Origin: Sphaeroforma arctica JP610
Lineage: Eukaryota
Length of the DNA: 50,605 bases
Direction: 5' to 3'
Assembly (NCBI RefSeq): GCF_001186125.1
Contig: NW_014040277.1
Coordinates: 20,120-70,724, forward strand
The position numbers were made by a program, and so were the translations under genes. Under the pieces are notes generated by a model. That model was not told the DNA's origin, made no database searches, and saw only the letters and a list, made by a program, of their open reading frames with translations. Position 1 is the first letter of the stretch. Each line of letters begins with the position of its first letter. This document shows, in pieces, positions 38,084-50,605 of this stretch.

Positions 38084-41000
38084 ATGGCTAAGTATCTGGA
38101 GTCAGTCGGGGGTGCCCTGAACACCTGGGGCGTTACCAACCAGATCGACAAGATGAAGAACATGGTAATGAATTATTCCGACATAGAGTTGAAAGTGCGA
38201 GAGTGCACGAATTTAGATTCATGGGGTCCCACTGGCACGCAGATGGCCGAGGTTTCTAAGATGACATTCAACTAGTAAGTGGATAAGGAGTGCCGTGTTA
38301 CTTTTGGTGTTTCAGAGCCCGCGTTGCAACTTTTGTGTACAAATTGCACAAGCAAAAATATCGAGTAACGTACCACACGATATATCTAGACGCATCATCT
38401 AATCTGAGACTGNNNNNNNNNNNNNNNNNNNNNNNNNNNNNNNNNNNNNNNNNNNNNNNNNNNNNNNNNNNNNNTATATTGACGTATGTGAGTGTGCCTG
38501 TTCGTGTTGGTTTGTGTGCATGTTCGTGTATGTGTGTGCGCGCTCGCGTGTGTATGTGTGTTTATGAAGCTTTACATGCTTGTATATTCTAGCACAATCA
38601 AATAACAAAGAAATGACTTAATATAGACCTACGTCGTATTTTTGTTGCCTTTATCGCACATTCGCATTCGTGTCACCCAGCCAGATCGATTGACCAAATT
38701 GACTTATCCACATGTTTTGCAGCCAAGATTTCAAGGAGGTCATGGAGTCTATCTGGAGACGAACTCAGGAGACACACTGGCGGCACGTTTATAAATCTCT
38801 CTTGCTGCTTGATTACCTGATCAAGAACGGGTCCGACAAGGTATGTACATACGAGGGATGGGATATAAATTGCAGTCGGTTGAGTTTTAAGGAAACGCTT
38901 GAAATGTATAACGAATCCGAATGATTTCATGCACGTATAGATGATTCCAAATGTACATGTGTATAAACCTCTAGGTACACATGTACTTTTATTGTCAACG
39001 TGCAAGTACACATTATTCACGTGTAAGGTGTATAATATATAATTAGTCACATGTGCTGCATATTATTTAATTTTTTTGTGAATTTTGTGTGGACTATAGG
39101 TCGAAGTTCTATCCCTCATAGTAGAAATCTTCTGGTTACAAATCGTGATCTCGAGAAGTTCATTAAATAGGTCTATGAGATAAAAATCACAATTGCGTCG
39201 ATTAGATTTAGTCAGTATAAGAGACACTTTCGTGTCTATTCCACCGCCTGCCTAAATCAATCGAGACAGCCCGCCTATACGCGTACAATCTTTTCTTTAC
39301 GGAAAGTGTTGAATATCGGCTTTGTTAGTCTTATTCTTATTGGTTATTTGATGATGGGTGCTTCAGGTAATTTCAAATGCGCGTGATAAGACCTACGACT
39401 TGCGGGCCATGGAGAATTTCCGATACACAGACGAGCAGGGCAAGGACCAAGGTATATTTAAATAACTACCAGCAGTATGATGGGAAACAGATAATCCCAT
39501 TCAACATCCCGATATACGTGCACGCTTTTTTAGTATCAAGCCATTGTTTTAAATATCTAGTCTTAAACCAACTCTTCCACTGCAATATATCGAGAAGTCA
39601 CTGAACCATTANNNNNNNNNNNNNNNNNNNNNNNNNNNNNNNNNNNNNNNNNNNNNNNNNNNNNNNNNNNNNNNNNNNNNNNNNNNNNNNNNNNNNNNNN
39701 NNNNNNNNNNNNNNNNNNNNNNNNNNNNNNNNNNNNNNNNNNNNNNNNNNNNNNNNNNNNNNNNNNNNNNNNNNNNNNNNNNNNNNNNNNNNNNNNNNNN
39801 NNNNNNNNNNNNNNNNNNNNNNNNNNNNNNNNNNNNNNNNNNNNNNNNNNNNNNNNNNNNNNNNNNNNNNNNNNNNNNNNNNNNNNNNNNNNNNNNNNNN
39901 NNNNNNNNNNNNNNNNNNNNNNNNNNNNNNNNNNNNNNNNNNNNNNNNNNNNNNNNNNNNNNNNNNNNNNNNNNNNNNNNNNNNNNNNNNNNNNNNNNNN
40001 NNNNNNNNNNNNNNNNNNNNNNNNNNNNNNNNNNNNNNNNNNNNNNNNNNNNNNNNNNNNNNNNNNNNNNNNNNNNNNNNNNNNNNNNNNNNNNNNNNNN
40101 NNNNNNNNNNNNNNNNNNNNNNNNNNNNNNNNNNNNNNNNNNNNNNNNNNNNNNNNNNNNNNNNNNNNNNNNNNNNNNNNNNNNNNNNNNNNNNNNNNNN
40201 NNNNNNNNNNNNNNNNNNNNNNNNNNNNNNNNNNNNNNNNNNNNNNNNNNNNNNNNNNNNNNNNNNNNNNNNNNNNNNNNNNNNNNNNNNNNNNNNNNNN
40301 NNNNNNNNNNNNNNNNNNNNNNNNNNNNNNNNNNNNNNNNNNNNNNNNNNNNNNNNNNNNNNTTATTCAGTGTACTCCACGCCAATTGTACGTGCAAAAC
40401 CACTTTGACATGTTGTAGCTCCTTGATAGAGCTGAGAAGAATAGATGTAGCATGTTATTTTTTTATGAGGTTTGCACCTCCTACTCCACTGATGCCGCCA
40501 TCACCAACACCGGTTACCGTTACACTTTAAGGAATAAACGTGCGTCAGAAAGCGAAGGATCTGCGCTCACTTCTGCAGGACGATGAGCGCATCAGAGAGG
40601 AGCGCGGCAAAGCACGTGCCAACAGAGGTATTTAGAGTTGTTTGTGTGTACACCGAGTGTGGACATATGATTTATCTTTATGAGTACAAAGCAATATGTC
40701 GGTTTGTTTGAAGTTGGATTGCATATATGTAGTCTGAGTGAAAAAGGTACACACTTTTATGTTTATTGTGGAATGTACAAGCTTTCTTAGAAGGCTGTCT
40801 ATTTCCGCGCATATTGTTTGTGCTAGGTACCAAATTCCAGTGCACGTGCACTTCTATTCTGACTACCAAGTTGTTCTCATGGTTTCGTGCTCTTTGTCAA
40901 ATCATCCGGAACAATCCTTGGAGAGTATTGTACTTATATCTTCCAATGGCTCTCTCGCCCAGTCTAAATTCAGTATAAGTGTCCTGTATATGGCTTACAA

Positions 41001-44000
41001 ACTTTGGTCTGCGACCGGGAATGTTATCGAATCTGGAATGTCTCATCGCTATGGGCGTTCAATTGGAATTATGTGCGCCTGTGGTTGAACCACACCTATA
41101 TATGTATATATACACTGTACAAAATTGCAGCTGTTGCTAATGATGTACCTATTTCACCATCGTCTCGCAGGCAAATTCACCGGTGTGAGCGCAGCAGAGA
41201 TGTCGGGCAGTGCGTCACGCTACGGTGGTTTTAGTTCGGCGGGCGATCGAGGGTTCTCGGCCACTGGAGGGTTTGGTAGTGCTGACTACAATGCCGGTCG
41301 TGGGGGTGGTGGTGGTGGTGGATCCAGCTACGGGAGCAGGTGAGTGGCTGTGTCTGTGAGTGTGGTGTCATTGATGATTGCTGTATTTATAGCTACAGTT
41401 ATATGCAGTAATGTATTTTGTGTGATTGGGTTTTTGAGGGTACTCGACCTTTGGAGGGTCCGGCAGTGTGGACTACAATGCCGGTCGTGGTGGTGGTCGT
41501 GGAGCATCCAGCTACGGCAGCAGGTGGCTGCTTGTATCACTTAGTGTAGTTGAATGGATGTGCGCAGTGCTTGATGAGTCATATGTGTATGAGTGGGTGA
41601 CACGGGGGTTCTCAGGCAGTGGTAGACGGGGTGATCTAAACGTGATTTTATCGAAGTGAGCATGTTAGGTGCTGTATTGGATATTGCTCTCAGTGATATG
41701 AAGAATGGTATTGCGAGTGACATTCAGCCTATTTGCGATGTTCGGTTCTCATAAGGTGTAGAATCCGCGTGATCTGCCATCGCTGTAGTTGCAGTTTTGG
41801 ATGTAGTCAAAGAGGTACATATACGCCACTTGAGAGTCATGAAGTATATCCGGATGGCCTGCAACTAGAACTAGAATTCGTACTTTTATATGACTAATTT
41901 ACGTTTGTGTGACCGATTTCTGACCTTGTCGTTTGTGCATCCTTCGAATTGCACACATAACACCAGGCCGAAACCCCGTGGCCGGGATGTATTCGACGAC
42001 GAGAGTCCTGTACGCGGTAGCAGAGACAGCGACGACAGATACTCGTCACGTGACCGCGATTTGGACAGACGTGGTGGAGATGGCGACCGCTACGACGATC
42101 GCGATAGCGGCGGTGAGTGTTTATGTCGTTAGTAGGAGAATGGCGTGGTTGGTTGCATCAAGCCATGCCTTATATACAAGATACACACAACCGTTGTGTT
42201 TGCACAATGTAATTTACAAGATATACACAGCCGTTGTGCTTGTACGATGCAATTGAAACGCTCAATATATCCCACGGCCGCACGCCTCGGGTTCAGTAGC
42301 TCTGGCGTACTTTAAAATATGGGCGTTTCATTCTCAAGCATATCACGTGCACTGCGATTTGTTTTCACTCAGATAAATACGGCAGCAGTAGAGACTCGGA
42401 TAGACACAGAGATGGCAGGGATCGGCGTGACCGTGATGACGATAGGCATAGTCGTCGAGATACCAAGGGTACTTCTCGTTCAGGGTAAGAACTCATGCGT
42501 ACGTACCCAGTGTTCAATAGGAGGCGCGAGTGCAGAAATTTGGCACAGCTCTATCTTTGCACAGAAGTGGGAACAAGAAAGATCGGCTTCCCTTTCCTGT
42601 ATACCTATCTGAATTTCCCTGCCGTTCGGAGAATGCTCTCATGAAAGCTGGCTCAATACCTTCGAGCAATGCTCACGAATGCTATGTCATTGTACTGCCC
42701 AACCGCTACACATCGTGTGGCACGCATTCGTGGGCATCCTTTCCCTCGTAGTTGATGCAACGCTCAATCTAAACACATCACCCCGCACGCATCCGCATAT
42801 CCGCTGACACAGACGCGACGACCGTCGCCGCAGTCCTTCACCCGCCGGCCGAAAGCCATCGAATAACAGAGACCGATCTCTGTCGTAAGTGTTGATGGTG
42901 TGACCCCATTGCGTACCAAATTGTAAATCTGCAATACGTGGTGGTCATAAAATGCCATATTTGATACCAATTTGCCTTGCATATGACCACGTGCCTTTTG
43001 GTGGACGTTTGGAGCCCTGCTTCAAACTAAACGCGTTGAAAATATTACGCTCATAGTTTTGAGAAGAAGAAAAATTGCTACACTTGGCGTATATCTCGCA
43101 ACTTTTTTACTGGTGATGCAACTCGATACAAAGTCAGTATGTATTCTATGTATGTGCGTGTGATTGTATATTTATATAGAAATCATGTGTGGAGCATATC
43201 TCAAGTCACGCTGAGCGGTAGTGATACAAGTTTGCCCTAGCCAATCATTAACAACCCTTCTTATATGTTTCATTATATGATCATTCCTATGCTTGTGCTC
43301 GTGAAAGTATGTGTACGTGCATGTGTATATACTGAGCTCGCACTTTTTTTACAAGGACTTCTATGTTGAATCAACACGGTATATTTAATAAGCATTCTGG
43401 TACATTTAATAAGAATTCTGGTATATTTAATAAGCATTCTGGTACATTTAATAAGCATTCTGGTATATTTAATAAGCATTCTGGTATATTTAATAAGCAT
43501 TCTGTCTATTTGTGCTGATCTAGGCCACCTCGAGGATCGCCCGCTGGATCACCACCCAGGTCAAGGAAAACAGATAACTCCAGGGGTGCCCGGTAGGTGG
43601 AACTGACTAAATATATGTATGGTACAGAAGATGAGATATGTGTGCATTCTCATTTCTTGGGATCATGCGTCACACAGCTACTCTATATTCTTGCGTAAGG
43701 CCGCACAATTCTTTTATACTCGGTGTTTTCGGGCCAGAGGCGATAGCCTACTACGAACCACTTTAAAAGAACCGTCATTAAGTTTGTCCTGAAATCTTTG
43801 GTACCCAAAAACAGACGCGGAGTACCCACCAAAAGTGCCGCGAAGCCCTCGAAGATGGTGAGTCTGGGCGCCGCCGAGAGCTATGGCGACAGAGGCAGCG
43901 ACCGCCGCGCAGACAGGCAGGACAGTCGCGGCAGAGACAGAGACAACAGAGACCGCGACGATCGAAGAGATCGCGATGATCGACGAGACCGTGATGACCG

Positions 44001-45516
44001 GGACAGGAATGCTTCGAAGTACCAGTCCGTGTCTGACGGTAAGTGGAAAGGGAAGGGAAAGAGGGGGGTTGTTGTTGTTGTTGTTGAATCTTAGCTGTGC
44101 TTGTGTAGTATGTCTATAAGGTGCCCCATTCACGAAGGTGTTTGTTGGTACACCGTTTTGCATATGTGCACCGTTTATTTTTTAATGGTCCCCGTGTGCG
44201 GTTTACTCCAGGTACATTTTGCTTGGCCTTTTGTGCAGTGTGAGAATTTTTAGATACGAAAGTGAAATTAGAAAGTGCCTTATTGAGCACATCTAAAGTG
44301 ATATATTAATTTGACTATCATCTCATTCTTTAAACTTTATTTATTTATAAAATAGATCCTTTCGGAGACGATTTTGGAGATATGAGTTTGGCACCCGCAG
44401 CCACGCCAGCGGCAGGTCCAGCAGACGACTTCGGAGACTTCAGTGGATTCAGTAAGCTTTTGTTCAGTGGTGCAAATCAAGGCGTTCCGTGAGATAGTTT
44501 GTGCAGAAAAATCGATGGCTGTGAGCAGATATGCAAACACTTCGCAGACAATGTCTCCGCGTGTCCACAATATAGCCGGCACATGTGTGTTGCATGAGTG
44601 GGTAAGTGTGTATTCGGATGTAAGTTCAGCTCCAGTTGTGGCTGTATATTCACAACAATTAATTATACACCTAATAAGCATACACCATTTGACGCCTCAC
44701 AGGCTCTGAGCCCGTTGCTGCTGCGCCGGTCCAGGCACCAGTGAACACACAGGCTGCTTACAGTGGCACAGCGGCCGGTGAAGATTTCGGAGATTTCACA
44801 ACATTCGCCGGTATGTGTTTCTCTGCGCAGACGCTGTAGTGGCGTGCAGTATTATTATATCTTTGCTTTGCCTGCTATCAGAATCGGGAATAGGAATCAG
44901 TAACAGGGAAAAGACAACGTATCGTAAACGTGGGTCAAATCTTAATATAGAGACTATGTAATATTGACAGCGTATCAGCGATGTGATTGCACCGATTATT
45001 CATATGTTCGCGCTACATTTCCCGCAGCGCCCGCGCCAGTTGCCGCACCAGTAGCCGCCGCTGGTGATGCTTTTGGAAGTTTCGGGGGAGCCCCACAACA
45101 GACGATGGTATGTGAAAGTAGTGTGTGCATGAATGAGTATATCTATATGTGTGCATAATCGTCTGCAGTTGCAAAACACAGCCACGACCTTCAGGTTGCT
45201 TGTAAGCATACGCTTGACACTCTATTGTAACCCGGCATCAACTGGGATCACTTCCTATGTTTCGTCTGCGGAAAAGCTCAGCAAGTGGCTCGGTATGCTC
45301 ACACCACATCTCATCCTCGTTCACTCTCGCTACCTTCGTCTAGCCAAACATGACAATACCGCAGACCACCGCCGCTAACCCAATGGCCATGGGTATGGCT
45401 GGGATGCAGGGCATGGGCGGTGTCGCCCCCACTGGCATGGGGATGCCCATGAACAGCATGGGGATGGGTGCCATGGGCATGCCGCAACAGACGCAACAGC
45501 AGATGATGATGCAACA

Positions 45517-45550
<34 letters not shown>

Positions 45551-46882
45551 AACCAGGCCTTTGGGGCCCAGGGCATGCAGGTGTGTATGTGCTGAATGCG
45601 TGTATGGTTCGCTTACATGCACGCAAATATCGCTGTATCCTGGTACTGCAAGCCCGGTTCCTGGGGAGTGGGTGCCCGCGGCAATGCTATGCTGTACACC
45701 CAGGCGGTGCTAGAACATGACCGAGAGGTGTAACTATAACCCCGAAATATGAGGCCCGAATGTCACATGCGAACACAATGGCGCTCGATTGCGGTGGTGG
45801 ATTTTGATACCGACTACTTTTGTGATGCAGTCTGTGCTATTGCAATTCTAACATTGATTCTGAACCACTGCTTCGATCTTGTAGGGAATGCCAGCGGGTT
45901 ATAGCATGCAGCCGATGAAGCCCACGTCAGCGACTGGCACGAAGCCACCGGTGAGTGCATGCTATTAATATTTCATGGCACGCGTTCATTGTGCATAGCT
46001 GCCAGTTGCTAAGCTACCAAGCGCGCAGCGGTTACAATATTCTTGTCGCTTTGGGAAATCGATTCGTTCCTAGTTCGATAGACTATCAAGGTAACGAGGT
46101 ACAAGCAGTCTTCTTATTCCCACACGCGATCGATGGGGATTATTGTGTGACACTTCACCGGACAGGCCATGTCTTGCTATTCTCACTGTGCGACTTGTCT
46201 TTCTTCTTCGATTGCAGGCCGCCAACACGTGGGGAGGCGCTGGTGCTGGACTGGTGAACCTCGATGCCGGTTCATTGGGTATGGGCGCCACGAAGAAGGC
46301 TGAACCAGTGCTTACACTGGGCTCTTTACAACCAGCCGACACCCCAATGGGAGCGCAGCCAAGTATGTCTTTGTGTCTATGCGAGATTGTCCTTGGCCGA
46401 CCTGTAGTGATTCTTGTTTGCATGTACGCGAATGGGACATTGTACAGCATTCGAATGACAGTTATACAATGTAATCACTGCAAACCTCATTGCATTTGTG
46501 CTTCCATGCTGTATGCTTTGAGCGACTTGTGTGTATGAGTGTGCATGTGATATGTATACCTAAGGATGCACGAGTCTACATCAGCACGGCGGTTGCGCTA
46601 TAAACTGCGAATCATGTCTCTCTGCAGATCGAAGCGTCGTTTCCATGCAGCTTTGTCTGACTTGGAAGGAAAGCAGAGCTATCGGCGCAAACATGCCGCT
46701 TGAACTCAGAGCACATCTCAAACGACATATCATTATCGCGAAACTGACTGACATTCCGTTCGCTGCTGTTTTACTCTGTAGTCATGCCAAGACAGGGCTA
46801 TGGACAATCGTCGTACGGCCGCCAGGGCTCAGCCAACCAACCGGCGGGGAGACATTACTCTAACAGCAACACACTGATCTAA
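38084..46882 (+). CDS. CLINT1: ENTH-domain clathrin adaptor, epsinR/CLINT1 (Ent3-like) type; 17 exons, ~704 aa
   Basis: Exons 38084-38274, 38723-38840, 39367-39451, 40532-40627, 41171-41339, 41967-42112, 42373-42484, 42813-42884, 43524-43592, 43815-44038, 44356-44451, 44703-44810, 45028-45107, 45344-45580, 45885-45950, 46218-46362, 46782-46882 (2115 nt, phase-consistent). ENTH domain: NYSDIELKVRECTNLDSWGPTG, WRHVYKSLLLLDYLIKNGS, DEQGKDQGINVRQKAK. EpsinR features: VSLGAAESYG (cf. IDLGAAAHY), DFGDF/DFGDM gamma-ear motifs, a Met-rich region, and no UIM or NPF motifs seen. Confidence 0.88.
39612..40362. other. Assembly gap inside epsinR intron 3
   Basis: Run of Ns. The flanking exons join to give the contiguous ENTH motif GKDQG-INVR, so no constitutive coding exon is missing. 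Confidence 0.97.
41437..41530 (+). repeat. Degenerate intronic duplicate of the 3' end of epsinR exon 5 including its splice donor
   Basis: gactacaatgccggtcgtgg...atccagctacgg-agcaggtg occurs at about 41284-41342 and again at about 41471-41526. Confidence 0.8.
43379..43503. repeat. 21-bp minisatellite (~6 copies) in an epsinR intron
   Basis: The unit ggta(t/c)atttaataagcattct repeats head-to-tail and ends about 20 nt before the acceptor at 43523. Confidence 0.95.
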
Positions 46883-48878
46883 GCCTGGTGGATGACTTTT
46901 GTTCTGTGAACTGCGAATAAACAAACAAACAGTACCTACTAGTGTAGACACAAGCAACCCATCGCCCGCCGCCCGGGAAAGAGTTGTGTTGGATTGTGCA
47001 AGTGGCACTTTCTGGTGGCTTGTCGCCTCGGAGCCGGCGCTACGCACCTGCTTTTGTATGCCAAATAGTTCAGTTTGGTTTGGTTTCCCGTGGACAGTCC
47101 TTCATACGCTCTCCTAACGCACAGCCATCAACAAAGGAATATCGGCTATGTGCGTCTGAATTGTATACACGTTAAGCTACGTGAAGACTTGACACCTAAT
47201 AAAAATGACCTCCATATGAAATGCCCTGGCACTGGCTCCCATTTGACCCCTTACACAGTGGTAGCGGGACCCACTTCGTAGGTCTGCAGCCATATGATTG
47301 TGCTCACCTTCTCTGCTTCATATATATTGCGCGACAGCGGAGCGCCAACAATTCTCACTATGATGATGCGACACGGCCAAGCTAATTGGAGCGTTTCGGT
47401 TATTGCTTGAAATTTAGAGATTGCTGTCCAATGTGTCGATTGGAGGTGTAATTCTGAAACCTATCGTAGTATGTTGGAGATGCATCCAAAAGAACCCCAA
47501 TTATTGGTATGAACTGTGCTATGAATCTTTACTACATGTGTAAGTTAAGGATAAATTCAAGATATGCGGCCGGCAGAATATATTATTCAGGCGCAAACAC
47601 CTACAGCGGTGTAAATCAAAACAGGGGTACATGTAGTAGCTCGATACGACAACGCATTCTGTAGTCAACGTACCTAGAGGATAAGCTTTAATAGAAGTTA
47701 TATTTTCTCCAGCATCTCTCATACCAAAGGCATAAGTGTAATTTGAACTGACATTCGGGCTCTTGTTGAGGTCAAACCCGACTCTCGCATCACTCCAAAC
47801 TAAATATATTTGTAATAGAAGCGACTGTTCATGATTGTACATTTAGAATGGTTTATTGGTCAAGGTACAGGGTGCTGAGCTCGCCAGTCTCCTAACCGGA
47901 TTTCGCATTACAAGTAAACCTCCAGTCACTGTATGTTCACATTGTAGCATGCAGTATCGCCCTTCCTGGTCGCAATTTGCAATTGATGATCGCATTGCAG
48001 GACTTGGTGGGGTGTCGCCATCTACTGAAGTAGGGCGACACGGCATCCGGCTCAGTGGATTATGAAGCATATGCAGTGCATACATACCTAGCTACTTACA
48101 ATCACACTAAATAAACTACATTAAAACCCTGACGTTTTAACTGTAGTACGCTCTATGCCTACACAATACGCCCACAGCTGTAAACAGTTCTGTGCGATTA
48201 CCGGGTAGCCGACTTCTCGGTCGTTCGTGAAGTAGCAGGGATATTGACCCAGGTCAGGTGTGTGGGGTTTTATATTCGCTTGTGCCCCTTGATAAGAGCT
48301 GAACCACGTCTTGGCGAGAGAGTGGTCTCAGAACGACTCATGAAGATTCTGTAACGTGCGAGTGGGCTTTCATATGGAGACAACAATAACTAGATTCTTG
48401 AGAAAGCCCTACGCACAAATCTCGAGTGAGAGGCGTGGGCGAAGTTAAGACACGCCTTCTCCGGGCAAACACCGATTGGCTTTGATTCCCCCGAGTATCT
48501 CATCACTCCGGGTTCTGAGTCTCGAGGAGCACTTGCCGCCACCAGCAGCAGCATAGTCAACATCGTCCCAAGGCTGCTCCCTCTTGGTATAAGCATGCTG
48601 ACCATTCTACGCCTTCCAACATCGTGAAGGAAGAAAGTAAGAGTGCGGGCTATGTCGAGACAATGGACGCTGTTGTGTGTTGTGTGTCATCGACAAGTAT
48701 ATCGGAGTCTGTACCACGCTTACGGCAAAGTGCCTTTCGCTAGTTAGTTGTGCAGATTGAATTTGAAAGTCTCCGACGCCGTAGGTTCGTATGTGCACAT
48801 GTGTATACATCAAAAACCGGCACTACCCTGAGGCATGTGTGCTACATGCGTATATCTATACGTATTCAGCATAGAAAG

Positions 48879-50190
48879 TTATATCAAACGCCCTATGTAC
48901 GTCGCTCTAGGATACTTCATTGCCAATGTTGGCCATTGTACTAGGAAGTTGTCGCATAGTCCTAGTTTGTAGATGATCTTGCCTGTAAGCGAAAGATTCT
49001 TCACGCGCGCAACGCTCTCGACATACATCAACTTCGTGTTATTGCGCAGGCCCAGAAACTGTAGTGCAGACGTTGAACACAAATTAAAGCAAACAGGGTT
49101 AGCTAGCGACAATGTACAAGTTTAAGAAAGACAGTCATCGCCATTTAATGAGCTGCTAAGGATGTGAACGCATGCTACATCCATGTTCCGTACGAAAGAT
49201 ACTACAGCGCTCGAAATTAAGCGGACCGGCACAATATGGGATATTTAGAGTTAAATGTGAACAAATGACAATGATGCACTTCATTTCATAAGGATAAGGT
49301 GCCGAAGGTGGCTAATCAGAGCAGAAAAGGTTAACAAACGTAGATGCATACCCGCAAGGCGAAGCACACAAAGAATATTGGAACGCAGGTTCCCGGTCCA
49401 TTTCCGAGTACCTGCATATGAAGGGCACGATATTTTGAGTTAGAAAGTTGGATTTTGAGGATGAAACGGCCATATAACTCATGCTCATACGCTAGCGCAC
49501 GTGAGTCACTTTCAAGTCAGCTTAAACCGTATTGCACTAAGTACTTGACCTAGCTCGTCACAATCCTCATCCAGAATCATAAGTCTCTACAGATCACGAT
49601 AGGTATTTCACGAGTGTATTGTGTGCATACCACATTAGTCAATAAATATGATCGTGTCACCGTGTATTGCACCCCTTCTGAGCAGCACACCACGTTCCTA
49701 GGCCTCATTCCGAACGACATTTGCATACCAGTCCAGGTTCAATATCAAGCACCAGCGGTAGACAGGACAGCTGCGATCGCAGAGTAGTGACGACACTCGA
49801 CACATAGGACTGCCCCACTTCTCGACTTCGAGGGATTCTCCGGAAGCAAAACTGTGCAGGTAATAGAATTCAGGTGGATCCTTTAGATTGGTACGATGAC
49901 ACGCCATATATGGGGCTCCAAACGGCAACATATAACATAACCACACCTTCGCTCGTTTCGAACCTAAGGACTGTCTGGTACTGCCACTTATCCCCGCTAT
50001 TTGGTTTTGACGGAGGTACCGCACGATAAGTAACCAATGCCTTGCTACACTCGCATCGCAACGTCAAGCATCTGCGGGGAACTCAGTGAAAATCAGCGCC
50101 GCAGACATCCATTTTTACAAACCTCGTCTGCCGATGATCCGGACATATCCTCGAGCTCCCGCACCTTGGTCTCACTCATTTTATCGGTTT
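48879..50190 (-). CDS. ALG14: UDP-GlcNAc transferase subunit ALG14, 3' part (upstream exons lie beyond the window end)
   Basis: Exons 50190-50123, 49851-49729, 49411-49352, 49058-48879. Translation: TDKMSETKVRELE...FCFRRIPRSREVGQSYVSSVVTTL...EPGLVLGNGPGTCVPI...TKLMYVESVARVKNLSLTGKIIY...FLVQWPTLAMKYPRATYIGRLI*. The N-terminal GSGGHT motif was not found in the window. Confidence 0.92.
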
Positions 50191-50605
50191 CTACATAATT
50201 CGGACGTAGAAACAGGCGGTGTAGCGTTAGCTTCCTCAACTTTAAAAGATTTGCCGATAAATGCGAATACTTTGTACTTTGAAATTATATTTTCTTGTAA
50301 ACTGGCCCACTCGTTATTAGAGCATTCTCTCGTTCAGTGTTATATTTCCTCAAGATTCGTCGAGATACGCGATAATCTAGTTGTTTATTATGTCTTATGT
50401 ACAAGGATGTGAAAATACTTACAAACTTGTTGTTAAATACTTTATACACAACGATTAAGAAACCCCTCACAACACAGCCAATTTCATTCCCTTTCTGAAC
50501 ACAAAGAAGTGTGCAAAACTACTGTATGATAATTTTCTACGTGCTGCATTATATATATATATATATATATGTAAATGTGTGTGTGTGTGTGTGTGTGTGT
50601 GTGTT

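Overview
This is intron-rich eukaryotic genomic DNA from a draft assembly, with six N-gaps and many (TA)n/(CA)n/(TATG)n microsatellites. It is not prokaryotic. Protein similarities and intron style suggest a unicellular holozoan such as an ichthyosporean; that is an inference, not shown by the sequence. Reading GT-AG splice sites by hand gave seven complete frame-consistent genes and one partial gene: NOT4/CNOT4 (-), a multi-TM RING-H2 E3 ligase of the plant RIE1/At4g11680 type (+), RPS7/eS7 (-), RPN1/PSMD2 (+), an AP-4 (TFAP4)-like bHLH-ZIP factor (+), RNASEH2C (-), an epsinR/CLINT1-type ENTH protein (+), and the 3' part of ALG14 (-). Three gene pairs are divergent. The main points of interest are: (1) an AP-4-like factor whose bHLH is split over three exons and absent from the ORF track, with two coiled-coil segments, a C-terminal TIV-like motif and a CAGCTG plus 10-bp-phased AGCTGA cluster upstream; (2) an intronic box C/D snoRNA in RPS7 with a guide matching the 18S Am541/Am590 site; (3) a TCT/5'TOP-like start and a Myc-type E-box at RPS7; (4) a NOT4 tail with nine PPG-Phi motifs; (5) a roughly 200-aa Arg/Asp-rich insert and a decaying exon duplication in epsinR. 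All homology calls rest on recognised motifs, not database searches.
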